Under the pieces are notes generated by a model. It saw only the letters and a list, made by a program, of their open reading frames with translations, was not told where the DNA came from and made no database searches. Positions 49,680 through 58,922 of a DNA stretch of 64,000 bases are shown here, piece after piece. How positions within the stretch are numbered: the first letter of the stretch is position 1; each line of letters opens with the position of its first letter. Origin of the DNA: an uncultured Solibacteraceae bacterium (GTDB taxonomy: Bacteria; Acidobacteriota; Terriglobia; Bryobacterales; Bryobacteraceae). The stretch spans positions 121,615 to 185,614 of the forward strand of contig CAWGTB010000012.1 of the NCBI GenBank assembly GCA_963825405.1, given 5' to 3'. The position numbers and the translations under genes were made by a program.

Positions 49680-51152
49680 CTATCGCCCAAAGTCGATAAA
49701 CCCGCGCTGCGGATCGGTATTCAGCAGGGTCACGCGAATCGTATCGCCCACGTCCACTCCCTGCTCCCCGCGCATCAGGCGCCCCTCCGCCAGCGGATTG
49801 GTGATACGGACAAAAACTCCCTTCGAAGTCACCCCGGTCACAACGGCAGAGAAGGATTTGCCGATCAGGCCGTGCAGCGCCACCGCCGCAATGCGCTTGC
49901 GAATCGCGCGTTCCACCACGCGTGCGTCGTCCTCTTTGAGCGTGCAGTTCTGCGCGATGGAATTCAGCGCGTCGTCCGTATAAGGCGGCGGCTGATGGTT
50001 CATAACGGCTTTGATCAATCGCTGGGTCACCAGGTCGGCGAACCGCCGGTTGGGCGCCGTCGAGTGTGTGTAATCGTGCACGGCCAGTCCGAAATGTCCC
50101 GGACCGGAATCGCCCGGGCGCAGCGCGACATATTCGCCCGGCCCCATCAGCTTGATCACCGCCAACGACAGATCGGGAAAATGCACCGCGTCCGCAACTC
50201 TGCGCTTTTGCAGAAACGCATTGAGCGCGCCCGGATCGGGCTCGGGCGGCAGCGTTTCTCCGCACTGCCGTGCAAGCTCGACAATGCGCGGCCAGCGTTC
50301 CGGCGTTTTCACGACGCGCCGTATTGATGGCACGCCCGCGCTCAGCAGCGTCCGCGCCATCACTTCATTGGCCGCGATCATGAAGTCTTCAATTAACTGG
50401 CCCGCGCGATTCTGCTGATGCGCCGTGATGCCTTGCACGTGGCCATCCTGAATCACGGCCTCCGGCTCGAGGCGGGCGAAATCGAGCGCACCGGAAAGGT
50501 GGCGCGCCTGCCGCAGCGCTTGCGCCGCCTCATCCTGCAGCTTAAGCTGCGCCTGCAATTCGGCCGAGGCCGCAACTTTGGGCGGCGGTGCGCCAGTCGT
50601 TTCCAGCCACGGTCCCACGCCGTTATACGTTAGCTGCGCGCGATTGTGAACCAGCGCCCGGTAAATAGAGGGCGCGGATATCGCGCCGTCTGCGGCGACA
50701 ATCATTTCGACGACCACCGCCAACCGGTCCTCGCCTTCGGCCAGCGACGTGAGATCGGTCGACAGCTTCTCCGGCAGCATGGAAAAGGTCCGCACGCCGG
50801 TGTAGACCGACGTGGTTTCCGCCGCCGCGTGACGATCGACCGGTGTGCCGATCTTCACGTCGCCATCCACGTCGGCGATGCCGATCATCACGCGCACGCC
50901 GCCATCTACGCGCTCAGCAACTTCGATCTGGTCCAGATCGCGCGATGTGTCGTTGTCAATCGAAGACCATAACAGCTTGCGGAGATCGCGCACGGCTGGG
51001 TCGGCGGGCGCAGCAGGCTGGGCCGCGATCGCTGCCACTTGCTTGTCCACCTCCGGCGGAAAATCGGGCTGGAAGCCGTGGTTGATCATTTCCTGCCGCG
51101 CGGCGGCAGCTAAATCAAAATCCATGTGGGGCACCAGAACGAAGCCTAGCAT
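49680..51152 (-). CDS. RNB-domain exoribonuclease (RNase II/R family) with C-terminal S1-like domain
   Basis: Contains SIDNDTSRDLDQ, IADVD and HFGLAVHDYTHSTAPNRRFADLVTQR. C-terminus reads VTGVTSKGVFVRI. The start may be the internal MDFDL at 51125. Confidence 0.8.
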   Translation of the reverse strand: MLGFVLVPHMDFDLAAAARQEMINHGFQPDFPPEVDKQVAAIAAQPAAPADPAVRDLRKLLWSSIDNDTSRDLDQIEVAERVDGGVRVMIGIADVDGDVKIGTPVDRHAAAETTSVYTGVRTFSMLPEKLSTDLTSLAEGEDRLAVVVEMIVAADGAISAPSIYRALVHNRAQLTYNGVGPWLETTGAPPPKVAASAELQAQLKLQDEAAQALRQARHLSGALDFARLEPEAVIQDGHVQGITAHQQNRAGQLIEDFMIAANEVMARTLLSAGVPSIRRVVKTPERWPRIVELARQCGETLPPEPDPGALNAFLQKRRVADAVHFPDLSLAVIKLMGPGEYVALRPGDSGPGHFGLAVHDYTHSTAPNRRFADLVTQRLIKAVMNHQPPPYTDDALNSIAQNCTLKEDDARVVERAIRKRIAAVALHGLIGKSFSAVVTGVTSKGVFVRITNPLAEGRLMRGEQGVDVGDTIRVTLLNTDPQRGFIDFGR

Positions 51153-51180
51153 TTCTATTCCTCAACGCGGGGAGTATAAT
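51152..51180 (+). promoter_or_regulatory. candidate promoter TTTCTA, 17-nt spacer, TATAAT ending 9 nt before the ATG at 51190 (would give a leaderless or near-leaderless mRNA)
   Basis: A perfect TATAAT at 51175..51180. No SD lies at useful spacing from the ATG. Confidence 0.3.
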
Positions 51181-51189
51181 CGCCCACAC

Positions 51190-52689
51190 ATGATCCAGCG
51201 AACCCACCACAAGCAATGGCCTGCCGCGATATTGACCTTCACCCTGCTATGGCTGAATGGCTGCACGGTTCGCAAAGTGACTCAAGTGGATGCGGATAAG
51301 GCTGCTCCGTCCCCGGTGGAACACATTATCGGCATCACCACCAAAAGCGGCGAGGCGGTTTCTTTCGATCCTCCTGGCGGCATCATCACGCAAAACACCA
51401 TCACCGCGAAGGTGAAAAAGGCTCCCTACAGCATCCCCGTCGCTGACGTACAGCGCGTTTGGATCGAGCGCCGCGAGACTTCGACGGCGCGCACCATCGG
51501 GCTGGGGGTGGCGATTGCGGCGGCGGCTTTGGCCCTCATCGTCGGGATTTCCATTGCCGCGAAACAGTCCTGCCCGTTCGTTTATTCCTGGGACGGCACG
51601 CGCTACGTTTTCGACGCCGAGCCGTACGGCGGCGCCATCACTCGCGGCCTCGAGCGGGACGATTTTTCCGAGCTCGAACATTTGCGCGAGCAGAACGGCG
51701 TTTACCGCCTGCTGCTCACCAACGAAGTGGATGAGACCCAATACACCAACCTGATGGAGTTGTGGGTGGCCGATCACGCGCCGGGAACGCGCATCGTCGC
51801 CGACGAAAATGGAAAACTCTACGGGCTTACCGGCATCCAAAAACTCACCAGCGCGCGCGACCGCTACGGCAACGATCTGCTGCCGTGGCTCGAATCCACA
51901 GACCGCCGCATCTGGGAGCCCGACGCCGTACCCGGGCCAGACGGCAGCCTGCGCCAGGAAGTACTGCTCACGTTTCCCAAGCCGGCCGGGACGCAGCAGG
52001 CCCACCTGGTGGCTAACGCTGCCACGGGAATCTGGGGATCGTACATGATCAAGAAAACCGTGGAACTGCGCGGCCGCGATGCGCAAGCCTGGCTGACTTC
52101 GCTCGACAAAAATCCCGCCGATGCGCTAGCCGTCCACGCCTGGGCCGCGCGCGAAGAAACTTACCGCATGCGGATCGAGGTCGAAGAGCCGACCGGCTGG
52201 GAAGTGCGCGGCACGCTGCTGGGCGGCGGTCCCTTGCTGGCGGAGGATCGCGTGATTCCTCTCGACGTGAGCCGCGTCACCGGCCCGGAAGTGCACATCC
52301 GCATGCGCCCGCCTGTCGGTTTCTGGGCTCTCAATTCTTTCGCCATCGCGTATGGACCGGCCAGTGCCGTGGCCGTAACACGCGTGAACCCGCACGCCGC
52401 CCTGACTACTGCGGGGAAAGATGTACTCCCCGAATTATCGGAAGCCGATGACAGCTACTACGCGATGCCCGACAACAAGGACCGCGCCGAGCTGCGCTTT
52501 CTCGCGCCGCCGCGAACCCATGGCATGCTGCGCACCGTCTTTCTGCATAGCCGCGGCTGGTACCAGCTTCATCTGAGCGCGAGCGGAGAACCCGACGCCA
52601 CCAAGCTGCAACAGGTGATGGCCGAGCGCGACGGCGCGGTGAAATTTGCTGTCCGCGAGTTCGCCGCCTGGAAACCGGCTCAAAAATAA
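51190..52689 (+). CDS. membrane/lipoprotein-like hypothetical protein
   Basis: Start at MIQRTHHKQWPAAILTFTLLWLNGC (lipobox-like). Has an internal TM helix, then CPFVYSWDGTRYVFDAEPYGGA. No known domain recognised. Confidence 0.6.
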   Translation: MIQRTHHKQWPAAILTFTLLWLNGCTVRKVTQVDADKAAPSPVEHIIGITTKSGEAVSFDPPGGIITQNTITAKVKKAPYSIPVADVQRVWIERRETSTARTIGLGVAIAAAALALIVGISIAAKQSCPFVYSWDGTRYVFDAEPYGGAITRGLERDDFSELEHLREQNGVYRLLLTNEVDETQYTNLMELWVADHAPGTRIVADENGKLYGLTGIQKLTSARDRYGNDLLPWLESTDRRIWEPDAVPGPDGSLRQEVLLTFPKPAGTQQAHLVANAATGIWGSYMIKKTVELRGRDAQAWLTSLDKNPADALAVHAWAAREETYRMRIEVEEPTGWEVRGTLLGGGPLLAEDRVIPLDVSRVTGPEVHIRMRPPVGFWALNSFAIAYGPASAVAVTRVNPHAALTTAGKDVLPELSEADDSYYAMPDNKDRAELRFLAPPRTHGMLRTVFLHSRGWYQLHLSASGEPDATKLQQVMAERDGAVKFAVREFAAWKPAQK

Positions 52690-52695
52690 GCAGCG

Positions 52696-55131
52696 CTATT
52701 CGTAGCGGAGCGCAATCGCCGGCCGTATCCGCACTGCCCGCAGCGATGGAATCAGCGACGCAATCACCGCCACCGCAGCTAGTGCCGCCGCAACGGAGAC
52801 GAATACCACCGGATCGGTCGGCTTCACATCGTAGAGCAGAGTGGTCATCAGGCGCGTGAGCGCGAGAGCGCCCGCGATTCCGATAGCCAGGCCAATCCCG
52901 GCCAGCTTGAGGCCTTGCCCCAGCACCATGCCGAGCACATCGCCCGCTTGCGCGCCCAGCGCCACCCGGATTCCCAATTCGCGCGTGCGCTGCGTCACCG
53001 TGTACGCCAGCACGCCGTAAATTCCGATCGCAGATAGCACCAGCGCCAGCGCGCCAAAAACGACGCAGAGAATCATGGCCGCGCGGCGGCTCACCACGGA
53101 TCTCGAAACGCGCTCCGGCATGGTCTTGATGTCGAACAGCGGCATTTCCGGATCGGCTTGCAGAATCTGGCGTCGAAGGGTGGATGTCAGCTGCGGGTTT
53201 TCGCCATTGGTCCGGACAACGATATGCATCCCGCGCGGCACAAACTGCTTGTAGTGAAAATAGACATGCCCGACCGGATTCTGCTCCGCCAAATTTCCGG
53301 TTTTCACGCTGCCCACCACGCCGATGATCGTGCAGAGCGGCTGGTCGTTCTCGATGCCGCGCCGGATGCGCGCGCCGATCGCGTCTCCTTTCGGCCAGTA
53401 CTTGTGCGCCAGAAACTGATCGATCACGATCACCTTCTGCGCATCTGCCGTATCGCTTTCGGCAAACGCCCGCCCCTGCAGGACGGGAATGCCCATGGCG
53501 TGAAAGTAATCGGAATCGACGGTATTCCAGCCGGGCACGGGAGGATTCTCGCCGGGCGCGCGGTTGTAGCCGTCGATCATGATCACGCTGGAGTTGTTGT
53601 TGCCGCCGAAGGGCAGGAACGTGGTGGCGCCGGCGCTGGTCACGCCGGGCAGCGCGCGAACGCTTTCCAGCAGCGTCGTCACAAAAGTGCGGGCCCGCGC
53701 GTCCTCTTTGTAGCGCACGTCCGGCAAAGTGAATTGCGCCGACAGCACGTTTTGCGGCTTGAATCCGGGATCGACCGAGAGCAGCCGCGCGAAACTCAGC
53801 GTCAGCAGCGCCGAGCCGATCAGCAGCACAAACGCCAGCGACACCTGGGCGACCACCAGCGCGGACCGCGTCCACAGCGCGCCCCGTTCGGTCGTGCCAG
53901 TGCGCCCAACCTGGCGGAAAACTTCGTTGAGATCGCGCCTGTAGAGGTGGAACACGGGCACGCTGCCGAAAATCAGGCCCGTGATCACGGCCAAGGCGGC
54001 GCTGTACGCGAGCACGACGCCATCCATGTGCATATTTTCGCCGCGCGGCAAATCCTTAGCGCCCAGATATGCAAGCAGTTGAATGCCGCCTGAGCCGACC
54101 GCCAAACCGAGCAATCCGCCCAGCACTGCGATAGTCACGCTCTCGGTCAGCAATTGCCGCGCCAGCCGCCAGCGGCCTGCACCCAGGCTGAAACGGATCG
54201 CCAGCTCTTTCATGCGGATGTTGGAGCGCACCAACATCAGGTTGGCGACATTCACGCAGCCAATCAGCAGCACGAACGCCACCGCGGCCTGCAGCAGATA
54301 CAGCGTAGGGCGCACATCGCGCACCAGCAGATCTTGCATCCCGATCACCTTGGTGCCGAAGCGGGCGTCTTCCAGCAGCTTGCGATATTTGGGAAAGCGA
54401 TCGAGATTGGCCTTGTTCAGAGCATCGATGCGCTCCTGCGCCTGCGCCACCGTCACGCCCGGTTTCAGACGCGCAAACATGTTCCAGCTGTTGCTGTGAC
54501 GCGAATCGTCGGAGGTCTGCTCGGGCTTGAACGCGAAAGGCACCCAGAATTTCTTTTTAGGATCGAGCCCCTCGAAGCTCTCGGGCATGACGCCGATGAT
54601 CTTGTACGGCACGCTGCTCAGGCGCAGGTCTTTGCCAAGAATGTGGGGATCCTTGGCAAACATTTCTTTCCATAGCCCGTAGCTCAGGATTACGGATTTC
54701 TCCTTGCCCAGCACCGCGTCGTCCTCGGTGAAGGCGCGGCCCAACATCGGTGACGCGCGCAGAACGCGGAAGTACGACGGCGTCACATATTCATTGCTGA
54801 CGCGCTGCGGCGAGCCGGCCTCGCCGACCGAATAGCCGTCATCGCCAGACAGGCACACGGAATCGAAGACGTCCGTCATTTGCTTGCGGTCGAGGTAGTC
54901 CGGAACTCCATTGGCGCCGTTCTCGGTGACGCCCACGCCCGGGTAAATGTTGTACATCGCAACCAGTCGGTCGGGCTTAGGGAATGACAGCGGATGCAGA
55001 ACCACGGCGTTCAGCACCGTAAAAATGGCGGTGTTCGCGCCGATGCACAACGCCAGCGTCAACAGCGCCGTCGCGGTGAACGCTTTTTCTTTCCAAAGCA
55101 GCTTGAGTCCGAACTTCAAGTCTTGCAGCAT
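52696..55131 (-). CDS. ADOP-family duplicated MacB-like permease (two MacB_PCD/FtsX modules, no ATPase)
   Basis: 811 aa. N-terminus [37 protein letters not shown]. Two ...[10 protein letters not shown] / [10 protein letters not shown] FtsX loops. C-terminus [14 protein letters not shown]. Confidence 0.9.
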   Translation of the reverse strand: MLQDLKFGLKLLWKEKAFTATALLTLALCIGANTAIFTVLNAVVLHPLSFPKPDRLVAMYNIYPGVGVTENGANGVPDYLDRKQMTDVFDSVCLSGDDGYSVGEAGSPQRVSNEYVTPSYFRVLRASPMLGRAFTEDDAVLGKEKSVILSYGLWKEMFAKDPHILGKDLRLSSVPYKIIGVMPESFEGLDPKKKFWVPFAFKPEQTSDDSRHSNSWNMFARLKPGVTVAQAQERIDALNKANLDRFPKYRKLLEDARFGTKVIGMQDLLVRDVRPTLYLLQAAVAFVLLIGCVNVANLMLVRSNIRMKELAIRFSLGAGRWRLARQLLTESVTIAVLGGLLGLAVGSGGIQLLAYLGAKDLPRGENMHMDGVVLAYSAALAVITGLIFGSVPVFHLYRRDLNEVFRQVGRTGTTERGALWTRSALVVAQVSLAFVLLIGSALLTLSFARLLSVDPGFKPQNVLSAQFTLPDVRYKEDARARTFVTTLLESVRALPGVTSAGATTFLPFGGNNNSSVIMIDGYNRAPGENPPVPGWNTVDSDYFHAMGIPVLQGRAFAESDTADAQKVIVIDQFLAHKYWPKGDAIGARIRRGIENDQPLCTIIGVVGSVKTGNLAEQNPVGHVYFHYKQFVPRGMHIVVRTNGENPQLTSTLRRQILQADPEMPLFDIKTMPERVSRSVVSRRAAMILCVVFGALALVLSAIGIYGVLAYTVTQRTRELGIRVALGAQAGDVLGMVLGQGLKLAGIGLAIGIAGALALTRLMTTLLYDVKPTDPVVFVSVAAALAAVAVIASLIPSLRAVRIRPAIALRYE

Positions 55132-55216
55132 GCGGTTCCTCTCAGAATATTACGCGCGGGACCGGCCAACGTTCGCAAAATCTTGGCGCGGCGGACGTGA
55201 TACCCTGCCAGTAGAC

Positions 55217-56108
55217 ATGAAGGCGGCCCTTTTTGCGGCTCTATTCCTGGATGCTGGCATTTACCTGGTTACCTGGTTCCGGGCTGCGGCCAAAACGGCG
55301 GGCAGCGCGATTCCTTCGCTGATCGAAACCATCATCGGATTCGTCACCAATTTCTTCGACACGCTCGGCATCGGTTCGTTCGCGCCCACGACGTCGTTTT
55401 ACAAACTGCGCAAGCTGGTTCCGGATCAGCAAATCCCCGGCACGCTGAACGTCGGCCACGCCATTCCCACTTTTCTGCAGGCGATCATCTTCATCACCGT
55501 AGTGAAGGTGGATATCGTGACCCTGATGCTGCTGGTTGCTGCTTCCGCCGCTGGTGCCTGGCTGGGCGCGGGTGTGGTAGCGCGCTGGTCGAGAAGAAAA
55601 GTCCAGATTGGAATGGGGCTGGCGCTGCTCGCGGCCGCCGGGCTCATGGCCGCCAGTCAATTGAACCTGGTACCGGGCGGCGGGACGGCATTAAGTCTGG
55701 AAGGGCCGCGCCTGTGGCTGGGCGTCGCCGGCAACTTCTTCCTGGGCGCCATCATGACGGTCGGCATCGGACTCTACGCGCCCTGCATGATCCTGGTCAG
55801 CCTCCTCGGCATGAGCCCGCTGGCGGCGTTTCCTATCATGATGGGCTCCTGCGCGTTCCTCATGCCGGTGGCCGGGATGCGCTTCATCCGCGAAAAAAGT
55901 TACAGCCTGAAAGCCGCCGTGGGCTTGGCCGTGGGAGGCGTGCCGGCCGTGCTGCTGGCCGCGTTCCTGGTGAAATCGCTGCCGCTGACGGCGGTGCGCT
56001 GGCTGGTGGTTGTGGTGGTGGTTTACACCGGCCGTCGCGATGCTGCGCTCTGCGTTCATCGAGCGCGGAACGCCCGTCGACGCAACGCCACAACTCGCCG
56101 AAGGCTGA
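55217..56108 (+). CDS. TauE/SafE-family anion exporter, 3' end shifted near 56027 so that it reads in-frame into the next gene
   Basis: Polytopic, with paired GIGSFAP / GIGLYAPC motifs. The +1 frame after 56027 gives [25 protein letters not shown], with the stop at 56106..56108 overlapping the next ATG. Confidence 0.7.
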
Positions 56109-57211
56109 TGCGCATCACCGCGATTCACGCTTACAAGGTCGAACTGCCCCTCCACGAAGGCAGTTATAAATGGTCGGGCGGAAATTCCGTGTCGGTGTTT
56201 GACTCCACCATCGTCGCGGTTGAAACCGACGCCGGCATCACCGGCTACGGCGAAGTGTGCCCGCTCGGTCCAGCCTATCTGCCGGCCTATGCGGCAGGCG
56301 CGCGTACTGGAATCGCGGAGCTCGCCCCACATTTGATCGGCCTCGATCCCACTGACCTCGGCCCGCTCAACAAGCGCATGGATCAATCGATGCGCGGCCA
56401 TCCCTACGTGAAATCGCCGATCGACATCGCCTGCTGGGACATTCTGGGTAAAGCCACAGGCGTGCCTGTGGCCACGCTGTTGGGCGGCCGCTACGGAGCA
56501 GATTTCGCGCTTTACCGGGCCATCTCGCAGGACGAGCCCGAGAAGATGGCGGAGATGGTCAGCACCTATCGCGGCCAGGGCTACACCAAATTCCAGCTCA
56601 AAGTGGGCGGCGATCCGGATATCGACATCGCGCGCATTCACGCCGCCAGCGCGCGCCTGGAATCGGGCGACGTGCTGATCGCCGACGCCAACACAGGTTG
56701 GCTGCAGCATCAGGCCCTGCGCGTGGCCGACGCCGTGCGTCATGTGGACGTCTATATCGAGCAGCCCTGCCTGAGCTACCCGGAATGCCTGGCCGTGCGC
56801 AGGCACACCAACCGGCCGTTTATTCTCGACGAAGTGATTGATGATCTCGCCATGGTGGTGCGCGGCGCATCCGACCAGGCCATGGACGTGATCAATCTCA
56901 AAATTTCCAAGGTCGGCGGCTTAACCAAGGCGAAACAGATTCGCGATCTGTGCGTGTCGCTAGGTATCGCGCTCACGATCGAGGATACCTGGGGCGGCGA
57001 CATTACCACCGCCGCCATCGCCGCGCTCGCCCACAGCACTCCGCCCGAGTTCCTGTTCTCGTCAACCGATTTCAACAGCTACGTGACGGTCAGCACTGCC
57101 GCAGGGGCCCCCCAGCGCCGTCAGGGCCGGATGGCAGCATCGTCCGAGCCGGGCCTAGGCATCCAGCCGCGCCAGGAAGTGCTGGGCCGCCGACTTGACT
57201 TGGCGCGATAA
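56108..57211 (+). CDS. enolase-superfamily enzyme (MR/MLE family; hydroxyproline-dehydratase/epimerase-like)
   Basis: Contains [48 protein letters not shown] and NLKISKVGG. Confidence 0.85.
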   Translation: MRITAIHAYKVELPLHEGSYKWSGGNSVSVFDSTIVAVETDAGITGYGEVCPLGPAYLPAYAAGARTGIAELAPHLIGLDPTDLGPLNKRMDQSMRGHPYVKSPIDIACWDILGKATGVPVATLLGGRYGADFALYRAISQDEPEKMAEMVSTYRGQGYTKFQLKVGGDPDIDIARIHAASARLESGDVLIADANTGWLQHQALRVADAVRHVDVYIEQPCLSYPECLAVRRHTNRPFILDEVIDDLAMVVRGASDQAMDVINLKISKVGGLTKAKQIRDLCVSLGIALTIEDTWGGDITTAAIAALAHSTPPEFLFSSTDFNSYVTVSTAAGAPQRRQGRMAASSEPGLGIQPRQEVLGRRLDLAR

Positions 57212-57240
57212 TCACCCTATACTCGATCAACATTACTGCC

Positions 57241-58665
57241 ATGTGTCTCTTGTCGCGTAGAAATTTTCTCGGCACCGCCGCCGCAGCTCTGCCCTTAAGC
57301 GCAGTGGCCGCAGCCCCGGAGGCGCCCGCAAAGACCGCGTCGCCGGGATCGTACGTCGATTCCGCGCGCGAGACCGCTCGTTGGATCCGGTCTGCCGCCC
57401 GCAAGACCGACGAAGGCGTGCTCTGGCTGCCTGATCCGGACCATCCTGAGAAAACTGCAACCATCACCGCCCCTGCTTCGCTCTACACGGGCAACGCAGG
57501 TACGGTGCTCTTCTTCCTGCAACTGGCCAAAGCGACCGGCGATGCTTCCTATCTGGACGATGCCAAGGCCGGCGCCGATTATGTTCGCGCAAACTGGCGC
57601 GGTGTCCCCGACTTCCCCTTCGTCGCGACCCACAAAAAATTCAATCTGGATTTCAACCACGGGCTTTCAGGCACGGCTTTCAGTTTGGCGCAGGTCTGGC
57701 AGGCGACCGGGGACCCGGCATACCGCACGGCAGCCCTTACGGTGACGCAATACATCGTCGATGCCGCACGGCCCGTAGGCGACGGAGTGGATTGGATTGG
57801 CGCGCCCGGCGCTGCCATGGGCGATGGCGCCATCGTTCTCTACTTGCTGTGGGCGGCTCACGCCTTTGAAGATCCGGCGTACTTGCAGCTCGCGGTTCGG
57901 GCAGGGAAGCGCTTCTTGCAGCTATCGGAAAAGCCCGCGGGCGGCGGCTTGAAATGGAACGGCTTTCGCTCCGAGTGGTTTGGCATCAACCAGGAAATCT
58001 ACATGCCGAACTTCGAGTTCGGGACAGCCGGCGTTGCGTATGTTCTGGCGCGCCTCTACGAAGAGACCAAGGACGCCAGTTTCCTCGACGCGGCCAAGGC
58101 TGGCATTCAGCACGTCCAGAATCTTTCCACGGTAAGCGGCGATTCGGCGCTGTTGTTTCTCAGCGATCCCGGTGGCAAGGACCTGTACTATCTCGGCTAC
58201 TGCGGCGGTCCAGTGGGAACGGCCCGCGCTTTTTACCAACTTTACCGGGTGACGAAAGATCCAGAATATTTGCAATGGACCGAGCGGTTCGCTCGCGGTG
58301 TGATGACGAGCGGCGCACCGGAAAAGCAGACGCCTGGCCTTTGGAACGTGGTGTGCCAGTGTTGCGGAACGGCCGGGATCATCGACATGTTCACCAGCCT
58401 GTGGCTGGCCACCAAGCGGCAGGAGTACCTCGCCTATGCCCGCAGAGTGGCCGAGCAAACTCTCAGCCGCGCCAGCAATCTGGATGGCAAGGGCCTGCGC
58501 TGGTATCAGGCCTGGACGCGCACCAAACCCTGGGAAGTCGCAGCGGAAACCGGCTACATGGTAGGAGCCGCCGGTGTCGCGACGGCCCTGCTTCACGTGC
58601 AATTGGCAAACGAAAATCGCTACCAGGCAATTCTGTTTCCCGACAATCCGTATCCCCGCTCGTAG
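57241..58665 (+). CDS. Tat-signal LanC-like (lanthionine synthetase C-like, alpha/alpha-barrel) protein
   Basis: SRRNFLG twin-arginine motif. Seven GxxG helix-hairpin repeats (LYTGNAGTV, HGLSGTAF, FGTAGVAY, YCGGPVGTA, CCGTAGI, MVGAAGVA). Confidence 0.75.
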   Translation: MCLLSRRNFLGTAAAALPLSAVAAAPEAPAKTASPGSYVDSARETARWIRSAARKTDEGVLWLPDPDHPEKTATITAPASLYTGNAGTVLFFLQLAKATGDASYLDDAKAGADYVRANWRGVPDFPFVATHKKFNLDFNHGLSGTAFSLAQVWQATGDPAYRTAALTVTQYIVDAARPVGDGVDWIGAPGAAMGDGAIVLYLLWAAHAFEDPAYLQLAVRAGKRFLQLSEKPAGGGLKWNGFRSEWFGINQEIYMPNFEFGTAGVAYVLARLYEETKDASFLDAAKAGIQHVQNLSTVSGDSALLFLSDPGGKDLYYLGYCGGPVGTARAFYQLYRVTKDPEYLQWTERFARGVMTSGAPEKQTPGLWNVVCQCCGTAGIIDMFTSLWLATKRQEYLAYARRVAEQTLSRASNLDGKGLRWYQAWTRTKPWEVAAETGYMVGAAGVATALLHVQLANENRYQAILFPDNPYPRS

Positions 58666-58690
58666 GGGCGAGTTTCAAACTCGCCCTTTT
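58666..58690 (+). terminator. Rho-independent terminator after the LanC-like gene
   Basis: GGGCGAGT-ttcaa-ACTCGCCC followed by TTTT, starting directly after the TAG at 58663..58665. Confidence 0.6.
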
Positions 58691-58726
58691 CGGTGCCTTC
58701 GCTAAAACATTCCAGGTTGTTGATGG

Positions 58727-58831
58727 ATGAGAGCCGCCGTCGACATTCCTGACTCCGTGTATCGCCAGATCAAGGCCGCGACCGCCCGGAGGTCTACCAA
58801 GTCATCCCTTTTCCCCAAAGCAACCGTCTGA
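58727..58831 (+). pseudogene. relic of an RHH-type (VapB-like) antitoxin gene
   Basis: The 34-codon ORF MRAAVDIPDSVYRQIKAATARR... matches the antitoxin N-terminal strand-helix. The next frame contains EVYQVIPFP, which resembles that family's C-terminal tail. No toxin gene follows. Confidence 0.35.
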
Positions 58832-58922
58832 CCGCGACCGCTGGTTAGCCCCCAGCCCGCCGCCCTTCCGCACTTGTGATAACATCCCCCTTTCGACAAC
58901 GTCAAAAACGGAGGTCATCTTC

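Noticed and set aside
4651-56108. Programmed +1 ribosomal frameshifting as the explanation for the split genes.
   Set aside because: At least 9 unrelated genes are affected, with different local sequences and no shared slippery or stall motif. Known programmed +1 sites (for example prfB) are gene-specific. Sequencing or assembly error, or real decay, is far more parsimonious.
58702-58905. 67-aa minus-strand ORF in the LanC-like/EF-G2 intergenic region.
   Set aside because: It has no SD and an odd composition. It is antisense to the antitoxin-like relic, which gives the better explanation of this sequence.
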